From Octopus vulgaris (lineage: Eukaryota): a stretch of 64,000 bases of DNA. How positions within the stretch are numbered: position 1 is the first letter of the stretch; each line of letters opens with the position of its first letter. The translations under genes and the position numbers were made by a program. Shown one piece after another: positions 12,540-27,057 of the stretch. The notes under the pieces are model-generated. The model had not been told where the DNA came from and ran no database searches. It saw only the letters and a list, made by a program, of their open reading frames with translations. The stretch is taken from assembly GCA_951406725.2 (NCBI GenBank), contig OX597815.1, positions 56,854,001-56,918,000 of the forward strand, read 5' to 3'.

Positions 12540-13200
12540 CTCTTACTCCCTGATCTGCTGTCAGTGAATGAGAGATAGCAATGAATACAATAACAAATTT
12601 AGTGTGCAGGTAGAGCTTCACCAGGGTTTGGGTCTCAGTGACCCACTATTCATCATAATCCTTCAGGCCATAACAGAAGATTTTAAGACTGGTTGCCTGT
12701 GGAAGCTCTTCTATGCTGCATTCATTGTAGAATTAGCAAAGGAGTTCCACTGAAATCATAGACCTTAAAATTAATTTAACACAGACCAAAATTCCAGTAA
12801 GTAGGAAAACAGAAAAGATGCTAATCCCTTAAAAAAAATAGCCTTGTTTGATATGTAGGTAGAAATTCCATATAGATTACCCAATGCAAACTATGATCAT
12901 ATAAAAGATGCATTGAAATTATAGGCAGATTAACAAAGAAGGTAGACTTTGCTTTTGGCAGATACATAGGAGCAATGAACACTAAGAAGATATAGGAAAT
13001 AGATTTTTCGTGAATGCCCTGGAAGATCCTTAGAGATAGTAGATATTTTCTCTTATCTAAGTGACCTAATTAGCAATGGAGGAGAATGTTTTGAAAATAT
13101 AATTACTAGTATAAAAACTGACTGAAGTTGGTAGGAAAAGGCCTCTCTGTTTGAGTGAAAAGCAGATTGTATGATACTTGTGTACAAACAGCAATGCTAC
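12540..13200 (+). mobile_element. Decayed RTE-clade reverse-transcriptase fragment
   Basis: Translations FSVQVELHQGLGLSDPLFIIILQAITEDFKTGCLWKLFYA and KSRLYDTCVQTAML. Confidence 0.7.
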
Positions 13201-14351
13201 AGTTTCTGCCTCTTCATACCTCTGTCACTGTGCATACTTCTCTCATCCACCACACTTTGCATCATACTGTTATTTCTCATCTGTCTATAGTGCCCTCTAG
13301 CCAATTCTTTTATGTACTGCTACTTATCATCTCCTCCTCCCAAACACACTCCTACCGTTTCTTTCTTTTCCCATCAAACTGAAATTCACCATTCACCCTC
13401 CTATATTAACCTTTTACAGAATTCATCTTTATCCTCATCTCTAACCATCTGTCAATCTCCTACTTTTATGAATTTACCTATCCTTTATGATCTTCTATCC
13501 CTATTTTCTCTTCTGTTTACTTTCTTGTACCTTGAATTTATGCCCTGACAATTCATCATCACCATATTTTTTCTCTTTCTATCTGGGAAAGTCACGTAAC
13601 TCCTCTACTGTAAGTCTGTCTCTTAACACCTGTCATAAAACCACTTCCTGCAATACCAAACCACCACTCAATCAAAGGGGTTTTGTCTTATGTGTTACTT
13701 GGTAGCCTCACCAATGCTGATACCACAACAATAGAACCCAGTATGCTCTATGAAGTGATTGGCATTAGGAAGGGCATCCAATCATAGAAACCATGCCAAA
13801 GCAGACACTAGAGCTCAATGTAGTCTTCTGGAACATCAGATCCTGTTAAACCATCCAAACAATACTAGCATGGAAGGCTGATGTTAAACAGTGATGATGA
13901 TGATGTGTGTTTGAATGCAAGCATGGCCAAATGCTTAAGAAGTTTCATCACAGTCATGAGATAATGGGTTCACTCTCATTATATGGTATCTTAAGTGCCT
14001 TTTACAAGGTATCACTATGAATTTTTGTAAATATTCAAATATAATTTTTATTGTACTTTTTCTTGGAGAGCATCCAAAAAGAAACATTGTGATACTTCAG
14101 TTGTGAAATTTGGATGAATATTTTAGGAAATATGACAATTTGACTGACCTACAAATTGATCAAAATTGATCAAAATTTTGCCTAATTCACCTAACTGAAT
14201 AAGTAGCTATATTTGTGATGTCATGTCTTTGAAACTGGAGTAATAATTATATTCAAATTACAGAAATTAATAGTGACGATGATATAGCAGTTGCCTCCTT
14301 TTTCTCAGGTTCTTGGAAAGAAAACTTTTTTTGGCAATATTTTAAATATTT

Positions 14352-17315
14352 AATTTAATTTTTTTTTTTTAATTTAATTTTTATTGGCTTAAAAAGCAGA
14401 AGCAAGGCCATATAGGGGGACATGAAGTTATGTACAGGGAGGATGGTCATACAAAGAGTTCAGGCCATTTCTGGTCAAGAGAGACTTTGAACCGAGTGGT
14501 CATGGGCACCTTCACTATCTCGTCCGGCAGTTTATTCCACAGATCCACAACCCGGACAGAGAAAGCCCCCTCTCTTTTGATTGAGATGAAATCATCATAG
14601 ATAGAGCTTCTCAGAGTGACCCCACAGCCCACGCTCTGGAGCAGGAGTGAAGAACAGCTCTTTCGAGAGGTTACACTTTCCACTTATGATGTTGTGAGTG
14701 AGAATGAGATCACTGTGGCGGCGGCGTTTTTCAAGAGAAAAAAGGTTGAGCGTCTTCAGCCTTTCTTCATAAGACAAATGCTTGAGACCAAGAACCATGC
14801 AGGTAGCCAGCTTCTGGACTCTTTCGAGATGATGTATGTGTTTGAGGAGATAAGGAGAAGAGGCTTGAATCTTGTACTCCAATAAGGGTCTCACCAGCGT
14901 GACATAGAGTGGTAGGAATATGGCTGCTGTGAGCATTCCGAATGACCGTCGAATCAAAAACAGAACTCCGCATGTTTTGTTGGCAGCATGGACGCATTGG
15001 GCCGAAGGCAAAAAGGAAGAATCCACCAAGATACCCAGGTCCTTTACTTGGTCAGTCTTCTCCAGCAGCAGACGACCTGGCTCGAAATCAAGTTGAGTTG
15101 CAGGAGAGGAGCCAACAGGCAGATACAGCACTTTGACACGTTCAGACACAGGTCCCATTCATTTGACCATCTCCAAACTTGGTGGAGGCATCGACGAAGA
15201 TCTTCTATATCACTGCAAGGAGCGACCAGTTTGACATCGTCAGCAAATAGAAGGGTGTGTTGCATGAAGTCGTCAGGCAAGTCATTGATGAAGACTAAAA
15301 GCAATAACGGCCCAAGCACTGAACCTTGAGGCACGCCACTGCTCTCACTGGAGACGTCGGACAGTGAACCATTAACTTGGACTTGGAAGGAGCGATCTGA
15401 GAGGAAGAAACCAACTCATCATACAATATCTGGATGGAAACGATATGTTTGCAGCTTGACAAGTAATAGGCGGTGGTTAACCGAGTCAAAAGCTTTGGCA
15501 AAGTTCAATAAAACGATGTCAACAGCATCACCATCATCCAGGATATGCGTCACCAATTCTTCCATTACCAGAAAGTTGGTCAAGCATGATCTCTTCGGCA
15601 CAAAGCCGTGTTGGGAATCAGAGATAGAGGTTGTGTTTTGGAGGTGGAGCAACATACTTTTCTTGAGGATGGTTTCGAACATCTTGCTAATTATTGAAGT
15701 AAGGGAAACCAGTCGGTAGTTAAGCGGGTCTTTGCAGCTCCCTTTCTTGAAAATCAGGCAGATTATCGCTATTCTTAGGTCTGCAGGTACAACACCCATC
15801 GCCAATCACATATTGAATAGAAGTGTTAAAGTTTTGCAGATGACCGGAGCCAACGCTTTGATAGCCTGTGGGTCTATGCCGTCAGGGCCGTGACCCTTGT
15901 TGACATCGAGGCCTTGAATAACGCGTTCGACTTCGTCATGAGTGATGACCAATCTAGGCATTGGAGGTACCGATCTATCAAATGGAGGGGGTTCACGACC
16001 ACCATCTTGTTTGAAAATTGTCGAAAATGCCTCGGCAAATAACTGACTCTGCTGATAGGGGTCCTCAATCGATACGCCTGTTGAGTCTACCAACGTTGCA
16101 ATTTGGTTGTTCAAGTGGGAATTTCATTAGACATGGGCAAAGAAGCTTTTTTGGATTGCGACTGGCGTTTGCCGTGATTCTGTATTCATATCTGAAGCAT
16201 TCTTCCTTTTCAATTTTCATGGCTCGGTCTCGTTGAGTTTTGTACACCTCAAAAGCTGCAGTCGAATCTTGATTTTTGAATTCAGCCCAAGCAATATCTC
16301 TGAGTTGAAGTTCTCGTTTGACCTTCTTCATCACCCAGGGCTTGTGTTTCTTCTTCTTGGGAAGCCCAACAGGAACTGCTTGGTCAGTCAACCAGATTAC
16401 ATATGCTTTGAGGGACGACCATAATTCGTCAACTGAGGACATCGTCATCAGGGATTGCCAGTCCAGAAGCGTAGAAGCCTCAGTTAGAATTTCAAGATTG
16501 ATTGCAGAGAAGACTCTACATGGCAGCGAAGTAGTCGTGGGCATAGAAAAAGTTGTTTGCATGTTGAATTTCAGGACCGCGTGATCACTCTTGGCAAGAG
16601 GGGCGCACACAGATAAGCCTGACACTGATCTTGGATAGCGGGAGAATACCAGATCCAGCATAGATGACTGCTGCCCAGACCGATGCCTTGTCAGAAATTC
16701 AACATGTTGCAATAGAAAACAATCTTCAGCCACGTCAAGAAGGGCCTGGCTAAATCGGGAAGATGATGTACAAATTGATGCGGGCCAGTCGATCTTGGGA
16801 GCATTGAAGTCACCTAATATCAAACATTCATGAGAAGATGAAACGAATCTTATCGCTTCGAGTAAATGATCATGGTCCTGGGGGTCGGCAAGAGGCAGTC
16901 TGTAGACAGCTAACACGGACAGGCAAAACCTGGATAGGCTCACCTTGCAATAGACGACATCGAATTTTGTTGTAGGTTGAGCATTAGTGGGTAGAATACA
17001 GCTGGACAGTTTGAGATCAGATTTGACATACACAGCAACACCTCCACCTCGCCTTTTTTCTCTGTCACATCTGAAGAGGGCTTAGCCCTGTAGGTGGATT
17101 TCCGAGTCCTTTACTGCTTGAGTCAGCCAAGTCTCGGTGATAGCTATCACATCAGGGGAATTACGCATGGCCAGTGTAAATAATTCGCTGAACTTTGGAA
17201 ATAAGGAGCACGAGTTGGTATAGACGATGCTGAGCTGTGAAGTTTGAGGGGCAGGAATTAGGGAACAAGCAGAATAAGGGGTATCAGAGGTAGCATCGTT
17301 GTCGGGGGTATCTAT
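14352..17315 (-). mobile_element. CR1-clade LINE ORF2 (APE endonuclease + RT), frameshifted, lacking ORF1
   Basis: Consecutive minus-strand ORFs give IAITETWL, ILGDFNAP, LDLVF and SDHAVL (APE); YRLVSLTS, QHGF, FAKAFDSV, PQGSVLGPLL and FADD (RT); and LERVQKLAT, YEERLKTLNLFSLEKRR and FSVRVVDLWNKLP (CR1 C-terminus). The 3' tail is A/T-rich. Confidence 0.93.
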
Positions 17316-20001
17316 AAAACTTGAATTTTGGCACATTTATAGTCAATATAGAACTAAATAAATCCTGAGATTTTAGGACATGACAACATTTTAATAAAAT
17401 TTTAATGGACTACTAAAAAATGGTTATAAATGACAGAATTTAGAATCAGGATGCCCACATAAGTTGGATTTTTCTCTGTTTTGACATGAAGTTTTTCAAT
17501 ATTTTTGGAGAATTTATGATCCTTTCTACCTTCCCTTTTGGTCCAATTTTGGCCAATTTTGTTTGTGCTATGCACTTAAGAATGATGAGAGAAGCCTTTT
17601 TGGTATGAAAAAAACATTAAAAAAATTTTTTCAAATGGTTTAATGTATGATTTAAGGGAAATTTAGCCATTGTTACTAGCACATCCTACAACCACCTCAT
17701 ACCTTTCTCAGAATTGCAGGTAGACTTAGATTAAAAAACAGACAAAATGTGAAAACTAATTCCTTACTTAAAGCATTAGAAACACAAATTAACGGTATTA
17801 ACAACATCTGTAACTTACAATCCAAAATGAATATGTAAACACTAACACAAATTATCCTGACTGTATTCAAAATTGGTAAAAAAACCATCACATTAGACTT
17901 TAATGGTCTACAAAATTATGCTCATTGCACAATATAATTTTTTTGACAGAATTTGACCAATATTTCTCAAAAAATATTTCTCAAAAAATATTTCTATACA
18001 ATGATTTCATACTAAGTTTGGCCTCTAGAAGATTTATTAAACTCAATTTAGTACATTTTTTGCAGAAATATGTTTGTAGAGGTAAATCTGTGGCCACAAG
18101 CATGGCTTGTGTTAAGAAGTTTGCTTCCCAACCACATGAGCTTAGGTTTGGTCTTGTGTTGCACTTTGGAAAAGTGTTTTCTACTATATCTCCAGTCCAT
18201 TTAAAGCCTTGTGAATAGAAACTGAAAGAAGCCCAATGTATGTGTGTGTGTGTGTGTTACTGTCTCCTTACTTTAACTTCACATGATGATTGTAAATGAA
18301 TATCACCATACAAGTGATATTCTTTGATTCCAATCTTCTGTGAAAACGTATCTGGTCATTAGAAATATTACCTGGATATAGGTGATGGTTGGAGACATGA
18401 CGGGCATCCAGCTGTAGAAAATCTGTCTCAGTAAATTCTGCCTAATGCATGCAAACTTGAAAAGGTGGGCATTAAATGACGATGATGATGAATGGATCAT
18501 ATTACCTTGAGATCAAATCGATGAAGAAAAAATATGGCTTAAAAGTGAGAATGGTTAAAGAGACCTCCATTAACTGTTTCAGGTGACACACTGGACAACT
18601 TGTTGGTACCAGCTGGTATACCATGCATAGAAGGTCAGTAACAGCAGATAGAAAGACAAGGCTTATAGCCTATCAGTATCCAGGATATGTAACAATATTT
18701 GATGTTGAGTGTTAGCAACGGTAGGCAATGATAGACAGCAGCGGCAGTCATTATGATGAAATAGGTGTTGTCTACCCATTACATGTGAATAAAGTGAAGA
18801 TAATATTAGTGACCAACAGTCTGAAGTTAGTAGGACATTTCTATGATGGTAGCAGAATAAGAGTTTTGTTTTCCTGTTGATGGAAACTTCAGTCTCTTTC
18901 AATATATGCAACATCTCATGAATGAAGAGTTGGCAATTATGAACTCCAGGTGAGAAAAAGGAACTCTGTCAAGAATGCTCTATGTGGTGTTAGAAAAGTT
19001 GTTTCTTTAGTTCTAGAATATCCAATTGATGCAGAATGGTCAGGTGGAGTTTTTCCTATCCCTGCAAATAGAAGAGTGCAAATGTTATGTAAATCTCTTT
19101 GTGAAATCATTGGCTTTTAGACTTGTGCAGTTTCTCAGCATACTATAGGGATGATATTAAGTGGATCTATAGACCACAAACTTTTGTAGGCAGGATCTTT
19201 TCAATAGACAGTTTGTGGGATTTCAACAGTTGTGTTGGGCTCTAAGATTTGTGTGGGTATGTATTATTGTCTTTTGCTTTAATGCTTAAAGAGATGCTCC
19301 TGCTCATTAAATTAAAAAATTGGCTGCTAATATCTTAGAAAGACCCCTCTAACTCTATCTGACCTTAATATAAATGAAGTGTAGATAGCTCTTACTTGCT
19401 ATTAGATTCCTTCCCTTCTGTTAACTGCTAGCACTGGCTGTCATTGCCTACTAATGCTAACATCAGCAACAAACACAGTTATACACGATACAAGTAACCT
19501 GAAATTGCTAAATTATTAATATCACCATTAAGAACAGCAATAGCAACTATATACTTCTCTTGGCTTTTGCTGACCTGTCAACTTGTGTGTGCTGTTACGC
19601 TGTCCATTCTTCCACATACAACAACCAACAAGAATATCAATTGTCACTGCCCTGTTAACTTAGACACATGACTAGTCTGGGGCCCCCAACTATCCTAACA
19701 TTTAACCTGTATTATTTCTTCTTTGTCACTCTAATTTCAAGACATCTGACGAGTTAGAAATACATTATGAGTATGAAGCTTCAAGTAACAGTCAAACTGT
19801 TACTGCTTCCACAATATATGTTGAGTGCTTCTTCATTCATTATTTGTACACCAACCTGTATATATTCAGTATTGTGGTAAGAAAAATAAGAATATCAGTT
19901 CAACATTTGATTCTAGTATTAATATTTTGTTTTCATAAAATTGTTTTATCATAAGATGCATAACTTTTATTTTAAACATTAAAATTCTCATTAAATTTCA
20001 G

Positions 20002-20133
20002 TCTTTGTTGCAACTTTCAAATGATCCACAAATTCGAGATGCTGTGAAAAATATCCAGCATTACATTGATGTCTTGGAACAAGCTGTTGCTCGAATTTCT
20101 GGTCGAGCAGAAGTTTTTGGAGCTGTTCAACAG
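20002..20133 (+). CDS. Exon of an IRAG/MRVI1/LRMP-family gene (coiled-coil region); SLLQLSNDPQIRDAVKNIQHYIDVLEQAVARISGRAEVFGAVQQ
   Basis: Splice sites tttcAG|…|GTtagt; 132 nt, phase 0-0, open frame. ARISGRAEVFGAVQQ matches the recalled IRAG1/LRMP motif ARLSSRAEVVGAVRQ. Confidence 0.9.
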
Positions 20134-20679
20134 GTTAGTGCTGAAATTTCCACAGCAAAATTGCTTAGTCTTCTGTAAGCATGAATGAAACCTTATATTT
20201 ATAGACAGAAATATGAGAATTTGTAAGATTTGTACTTTTTGAAGAAATAAATAAATTTTGCATTTTATACATAAAGTAAAATAATGCTAAAACAGCTTTC
20301 TAAGTTATGCCATTATGAGATTTAATTATTGTGTACTTAGAATTATGTTTATAATACATAGATTTTAAAATTCATTTAATAATTATTCCAGCCAGTTTGA
20401 ATGCTTATGATTTATAATTCTTTGTTCAAAGTTGAGTAATGATACACCTGTTTATGATTGCTTTTAATTAGACACAAAATGTTTGAGACCTTTACATTGT
20501 AAAAGAAACTAATTTACTATAATTGCATTACTTGTTTCTAATAAATGTAAACGTGCTATGTTCAATGGCAGTTGGGTATTTTATCAGACTAACAATGATT
20601 GTTTTCCAGAATATTATATTCTGGAAGTTTGTTAGATTTTAAATTCAAGTATCTGTCTGTGAACATAATTTTTAACTGA

Positions 20680-21500
20680 CATAGTTATGTTTGAAGTCTT
20701 TGGACTTAGTATCACAATAACAACCAACCAAACTAGGGTTAACTTCTTAGATGTGATGCTAGATTTAGGTACTAGTTCTTACAAATCATATTACAAGCCC
20801 AACAAAACACTCACCTACATCAACACTGAATCTTACCATCTAACCTCTGTATCCAAGAACCTGGTTAAAGAAGTGAACAGAAGGATCACTGGTGTGTTCT
20901 CTAATGAGGAAATATTTAATAGAGTGACTCCCTATTACAACAATATACAAGCAACAAACAAATTCAAAAACAAGATCGCTTACTCACTCAAACCAGTCAT
21001 ACCAAAGAGAAACTACTACTGTAAAGTTCTTAGAATAACACTCCCTTTCTCTCTAAATATTTTGTCCAGCATACATAGACCTTCTTTAAGTTAGTTGACA
21101 AACATTTTCCTTCCACACATAGGTATAGAAAGCTATTTAATTGACATACACACTTAATATTTCTTTTGTTTGCATGATCAACATAAAGCATATCCTTTTA
21201 CAGAAGCCAATTCCATGTACAGAGGCTGGTTGTTTTTGTAAATATACCATCATTTGCCCACTCAGTGGTCACTGCAACATATGCTGTTGCTTATGATGAA
21301 GAAGTAATATCCAGGAGGACTGAACAATGCATCCAGCATAAAGTGTTATATTAGATTGATAGAGGATCCGTTCAAGAAGTGCATATACATCCATACTACT
21401 TCATTCAGGAGTATGTCATTACACTATCCAAACTCATGGTATTTGAAGAAGGAAGCCACCAGCTACATGATCAGATTAAGACTTAGACAAATGCCAAAAC
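20680..21500 (+). mobile_element. Penelope-like element fragment (RT C-terminus/thumb and GIY-YIG remnant)
   Basis: ORF 20687-21094 has VNFLDVMLDL…YYKPNKTLTYINTESYH…NEEIFN. Downstream YI.LIEDPFKK.IYIHTTSFR resembles the PLE GIY-YIG endonuclease. Confidence 0.8.
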
Positions 21501-22619
21501 AGAGACTTTTACATCTTATTGTACAAGTGGCACTGGAGCACGCTACCACAGAGGAGTCAACACTATCACAAAGGAGTCCTTCCTTCCCTATAATTTCTTG
21601 CTGTTGGCCTACCATGCAGGTCCATCAATTTTGGCACTTCCAACCCTCTCCCTCATACTTTCTCTTTTCCCCTTCTCTCTCTTTTTTCTCCTTTGTTTTT
21701 TCTTTCCTTTCTTTAATTTTCCTTTCTCCCTTCTTCATCTTCTTTCTTTTTTTTTCTTCCCCTCCTGACTTCCTTTCTGCTGTCAGTATCATCCTCTGTT
21801 CCCCAACCTCCCTGTTTTCGTAATTCTGTTTGGTTTTTTGGGGTTTTTTTTTTTTGTCTTTTCCCTTTCTGCATTCTCTACTTTCTCTTTTCTCTGATCC
21901 ACAACTTTGAATTACTACATATTCTTACCTTGAAAAAAATGTTATCATTATCTTTTATCTTTTACTGTTTCAGTTATTAGATTGCAGCCATGCTAGGGCA
22001 CCACCTTGAATAGTTTTTAGTTGAATGAATCGACCTCAATACTCTTTCTTTTGTAAAGCCTGGTACTTATTCTATCAGTCTTTTTTGTCAAACGGTTAAG
22101 TTACAGGGACATACACACCAACACCAGTTGTCAAGTAGTGGTGGAGCACACACAAAGACATGCACACACACACATGCACACACACACATACACACACACA
22201 CACACATATACACACCACACACATACACACACACACAGAGGCAGAGAGAGTGATTGTTGTAAGACAGTGCTACTTAAATTTTTCAATACCTCACCTAGAG
22301 TCACCAATTTCTCTCTTATTCTCCTTTTCAGTCATGTGGACTATTTAGTCTTGTGAGTCACAAGGTGACTTCACCATAGTGCTGGTGACTTGAAAAAAGT
22401 ACTCAATACATGCTGTAAATTGTACCTGATAGAAATCTTACCTACTTTTTTCTGCACATTTTCCCCTCATGTTAGCAGGGTCTATTCTTCTCTCCTACTT
22501 AGTAATAGTTAGTCTTTGCTCATTTAACTTGGATGCCTCTCAATACTATGTTTTGCTCCCATTTATAGAATTTTTTCTTTAAATCCTCTATTGATTTTTA
22601 TATAAAAACTAGGCCATTA

Positions 22620-23400
22620 CCATAAAGCCTCTTCCAAACTCCTCAGTTATAGAAACTCTATAAGATGTACCCAGTGTAAGCTATGGACACATAAGAGGTG
22701 CAGCAATATCAAAGGAAGGCTAACTGGGAAGATAGTTTTTGTATGTGGCAGATGCTCAGGAGCAATAAACAGTGAAAATGTGCAGAGAACAACTTCCACC
22801 ACATTCCAGGGAGAAAAACTAGAAGTAGTTGATAGCTAGGTGACCAAGTCAATAGCAGGAGAGAGTGCACTGAAAGTGTAGCTGCTAGAATAAGAATAAC
22901 CTGGGCAAAGTTCAGAGAGCTCTTACATCTGCTGGTGACAAAGGGCCTCTTGCTCAGAGTAAAAGATAGACTGTATAACACATGTGTATGAACAGCCATG
23001 CTACATGGCAGTGAAGCATAAGCCGCGACTACTGAGGTCATGCGTAAGCTTGCAAAGATTGAAACTAGTATGCTTTGATGAATGTGTAATGTCAATGTGC
23101 ATACTCGACAGAGTGTAAGTACCTTGAGAGAAAAGTTGGTCCTAAGAAGCATTAGATGTGGTGTGCAATAGAGACAACTGCGCTGGTATGGCCATGTGGT
23201 GAGAATGAATGAGGATAGCTGTGGGAAAAAGTGCCACACCCTTGCAGTTGAGGAAACCTGTGGAAGAGTAGACCCAGGAAGACTTGGGATGAAGTGGTGA
23301 AGCACGACCTTCAAACATTAGGCCTCACCAAGGCAATGACTAGTGACCAAGACCTTTGAAAATATGCTGTACTTGAGAAGACCTGGCAAGCCAAGTGAGA
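22620..23400 (+). mobile_element. RTE-clade LINE 3' fragment
   Basis: Plus-strand translation includes ARIRITWAKFRELL, VKDRLYNTCV and LRWYGHVVRMNEDSC; decayed. Confidence 0.8.
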
Positions 23401-23499
23401 CCATAACCTCATAGCCTATGCTAGGGGTGTAACCAGCCCACTTATGCGTACCTTTCCTTCATTAGACACTAAACTCAGCTTGTGAAAACCTGTTGAGGC

Positions 23500-23935
23500 A
23501 AGTGACTGGCATCCGTGCTAGTGGAGCGCTAAGAGCACCATCCGAGTGTGATTGTTGCCAGAGCAACTTCCGTGCAGGTGGCACATAAAAAGCACCATTC
23601 GAGCGTGATCATTACTAGCATTGCCTTACTGGCACTTGTGCTGGTGGCATGTGAAAAACATTTGAGTGAGGTCATTGCCAGTGCCGCTGGACTTGCTCCT
23701 GTGCAGGTGGCACATAAAATACACCATTTGAGCATGGCCATTGCCAGTACTGCCTGACTGTTCCTCGTGCTGGTGGCACATAAAAGCACCCATCACATTT
23801 TTGGAGTGGTTGGCATTAGGAAGGGCATCCAGCTATAGAAACTCTGCCAGATCAGATTGGAGCCTGGTGCAACCTCAGTCAAATCATCCAACCCATGCTA
23901 GCATGGAAAGCAAACTTTAAACGAAGATGATGATG
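23500..23935 (+). repeat. SINE-type tail with an internal degenerate tandem repeat (~60-65-bp unit)
   Basis: The unit gtgc(t/a)ggtggcacataaaaagcaccattcgagcgtgatc…ttgccag repeats about 5 times and the element ends in (GAT)n. A reverse-orientation copy lies at ~61445-61780. Confidence 0.7.
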
Positions 23936-24654
23936 AGAGCCTAAACACAACAAGAAATACTGTTCTATTTTGGTTGATAAATGCTAGATATTGTGGTTTA
24001 CTCCTGGTTAAGTACTTCTACAGCAACCCCTCTTAGATCATGGTATCAGTAATAGTTCTCTGAGGCATGGTTTCTATGGTTGGATGCCCTTCCCAATGCC
24101 ATCCATTGGGTGCTCTGAGTCCTTTTTACATGGCACCATCACTGCAAGGTCACCAAGTAACTTGCAAGACAAAGATCCTTTGAGAGGAATGAGTGGTATG
24201 GAGTGAGCTGGCTGTGTGACAGAGGGACAGAAGCAGGTATCTTGCTGTAGAAGAGATACATGGTTCCCTCAGTCAGAGAGATGGTGGTAAAATGCCAAGG
24301 CATACACTCAAGGTACAAAGAGGTGAATGTAAATGGAATGGTACAGGACTGGACAGGGAGTTCATGAGAGTGCAAAGGAAGGAAGGGAAGGGAAATGCAG
24401 CAGTGGTAAAACACATGTATATAAAGAGCAACAGGATAGCAATGATAAAGTTGGTAATGGGAGGGCAAGAGAGAGAGAGAGATGACAGAGTAGTGTTGAG
24501 CTGCAGAAGTGATGGGGAGAGACAAGCACAATGCATGAAAAGTTGTCCAGTGGGGTGGGGTTTGTGAATTAATGTTAAATGTAGTTAGAATACACAGCTC
24601 TTCCAGAACTGAGTTTCACTGAGGTAGTCAGGATTTCTCAAAAACCTCATATTA

Positions 24655-25700
24655 CCAGACATCCTAGACCATTGTCATCTCCTCCATGAGATTCAACATC
24701 TTGAGATAGCCCTTGCTACTTCATCCCATGTCTTCCTGGGTCTCCCTCTTCCATAAGTACTGTCCACTTAAAGTAATCAGCACTACTTTATACAACTGCC
24801 CTCGTTCACATGCATGACATGTCCAAACCATTATAATCTTATGTACTACATCTGATTCTTCTTATGCCCAGCTTTTCTCTCAACACATTTGCACTTTGTC
24901 ATACATGCACACTGATGTAGCACATCCATCAAAGCATACTAGCTTCATTCCTCTCCAGTCTTCACATGCTTTCTGCATTGAGGACCCAAGTCTCACACCC
25001 ATTCATATACAAGCATCATACTATCTACCTTTCACTCTGAGAGAGATGCCTTTTGTTGCCAACAGAGGTGACAGTTCTCTGAACTTCCACTGTCTTATTC
25101 CTATTCTAGCTACAGTACTTTCAGAACATCCCCCTTCACTGCACTCTAGTTAAGAGAAGCTATCTACAACCTCAAGGGAACCTCCTGGGCATTTGAGAAA
25201 ATCTAATTCCCATGTGTCCTTTGTGTTTATTGTTCTTATGCATCCACCACATATGAAGATGATTTTCTCTACCTATGATTCCACTATGCTTCCTCTGTGT
25301 CCATAGCTTGAACTAGGTGCAGCAAGTAGAAATCCTTCCAGCACCTTGCCTACATATTGAGCTGAGCCATTTGCCTGACAGAAAGAGAGCCATGTCTGCT
25401 TTCATGCTATCAACAACTTTGGTCTTTGCTACATTTTGCTTCTCTACCTGGAATTTATTTTCTAATTCTGCTATTAAAGTGTGATCATCAGCATATCGTA
25501 GTTCCCATGGGCTACCAGTTTCAATTCCGCTGTTATGGCCTAGAGGACTTTGGTGAATAAGAGAAGATTGAGAATCAAGCCCAGGTAAACTCCTGCTTGT
25601 ACACTAAATTTATCTCTGTACTCATGGCTGACTCACACTATTAACAGCACCATTATATATGGCTTGTATAGCTCTAACAAGCTATTCATCTACTCTTAAC
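24655..25700 (-). mobile_element. Decayed RTE-clade LINE fragment
   Basis: Reverse-complement similarity to the RTE copies at 22620-23400 and 12540-13200; includes a degenerate YADD region near 25490. Confidence 0.65.
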
Positions 25701-26776
25701 TGCAGTTGTCTCACTAGTATTCTGATTTTTAAGTCATGTGAATTCAGTCTTTCTACATTTAGCCTTATTTAGCCTTATGATGGGCACCCATGTATGTTGT
25801 ATGCATATGTTTGTTCAAAGAAACTCAAATGGAGAATCCCTAGAATACTTTACATATTTTTACTGCACTACTAATCAATTGTATTTGGAGGGTACAAATC
25901 AGTTTGCTTTGTTATTTCTGAAAGAATTTCTAGGTTTTATGCAAATATGTTGCTACTCAACTCAGTGATCCTTTGATAATTGGTAGAAATCTAGAGTCTG
26001 ATACAAGTATTGTAAGTTTCTTGTTGGCTTCTCTATAGATGTTCTTTTTTCCAGCTGGATGAAGTAGTATCAGGCTTGTTGGGTTTGCACCAGGTTGCTA
26101 TTTTTATTGCAATGTTCCATTGGTATTCCTTATTTTTAAAGATGTGAATACGTTTGGATTCTGATGTGCCTCTGGACTTTGACATTCATAACTTCTTATG
26201 GCTCTTTCACTTGTCACATCTTTTGTAATCATCACTCTCTTCATCAACATGTCTTATTCTACTACATGTATCCTAGATTCTACTACACTCAATACCCGAA
26301 ACAACTCGCTCTCTTTCTCACCTACTGACCTAATCTCTACAAATTATAAACAACTCATCACCTACTTAGTCATCTAACTACTGCCTCATTGCAACTACCC
26401 ACCATACATCCACATATCACACAACATCCTTTATACCCCACATCCTATACCACTTCAGATTAGCTGAATGGTTGGATGTCTTCCAGTTTTATATCAACTA
26501 CTTCTGGCAGCATTTGTGCTATACACTTGATTCTTGAGAAATTGCTAGGTAACTGACTTAAACTATCCTTCTAGGCATGTTTCTCCACATTCTACACACA
26601 AAAATCCAAATTATGAGGCTGGTCACTTTGTGATTGTCTCAAATTCTGCAAAAGAAAAAGACTTTAAAGATCCCCAAGAAATATAATATATATGTATATA
26701 TATATATATATATATTTAAATATTTGTTGTGCAAGATTTTATTGGCTAAACTGGCAATATGACCATTCCGAAATAT

Positions 26777-26828
<52 letters not shown>

Positions 26829-27057
26829 AGAAATCGCAAAAAAACAAAAGACAAAGACAGGTAGTGTAGACAACAAATGGATGTATTAGTATAATGCTCG
26901 GGAAGTGAAAAAGTCTTTAATACTTCGAGCCTACACTCTTCCACAGAAAGGAACAAAGAAAGAAACAAGGAGAGAAAATAAAGATAGAAAATAAAGAATG
27001 TGTAGTGGCTAGCAATCTATCATGGCAAATGATATATATATACACTCATATACATAC

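Noticed and set aside
19741-19770. ctgacgagttagaaa as a hammerhead core
   Set aside because: Stem II cannot form and there is no convincing stem I or III.
1-20001. Upstream IRAG exon expected to encode an LSLAF..D..TL..R motif
   Set aside because: Not found by eye; it probably lies upstream of the window, though a small exon could have been missed.
23500-23800. Spaced repeats of gtgctggtggcacataaaaagcacc
   Set aside because: The intervening sequences are themselves homologous, so this is a degenerate tandem repeat within a SINE-type tail.
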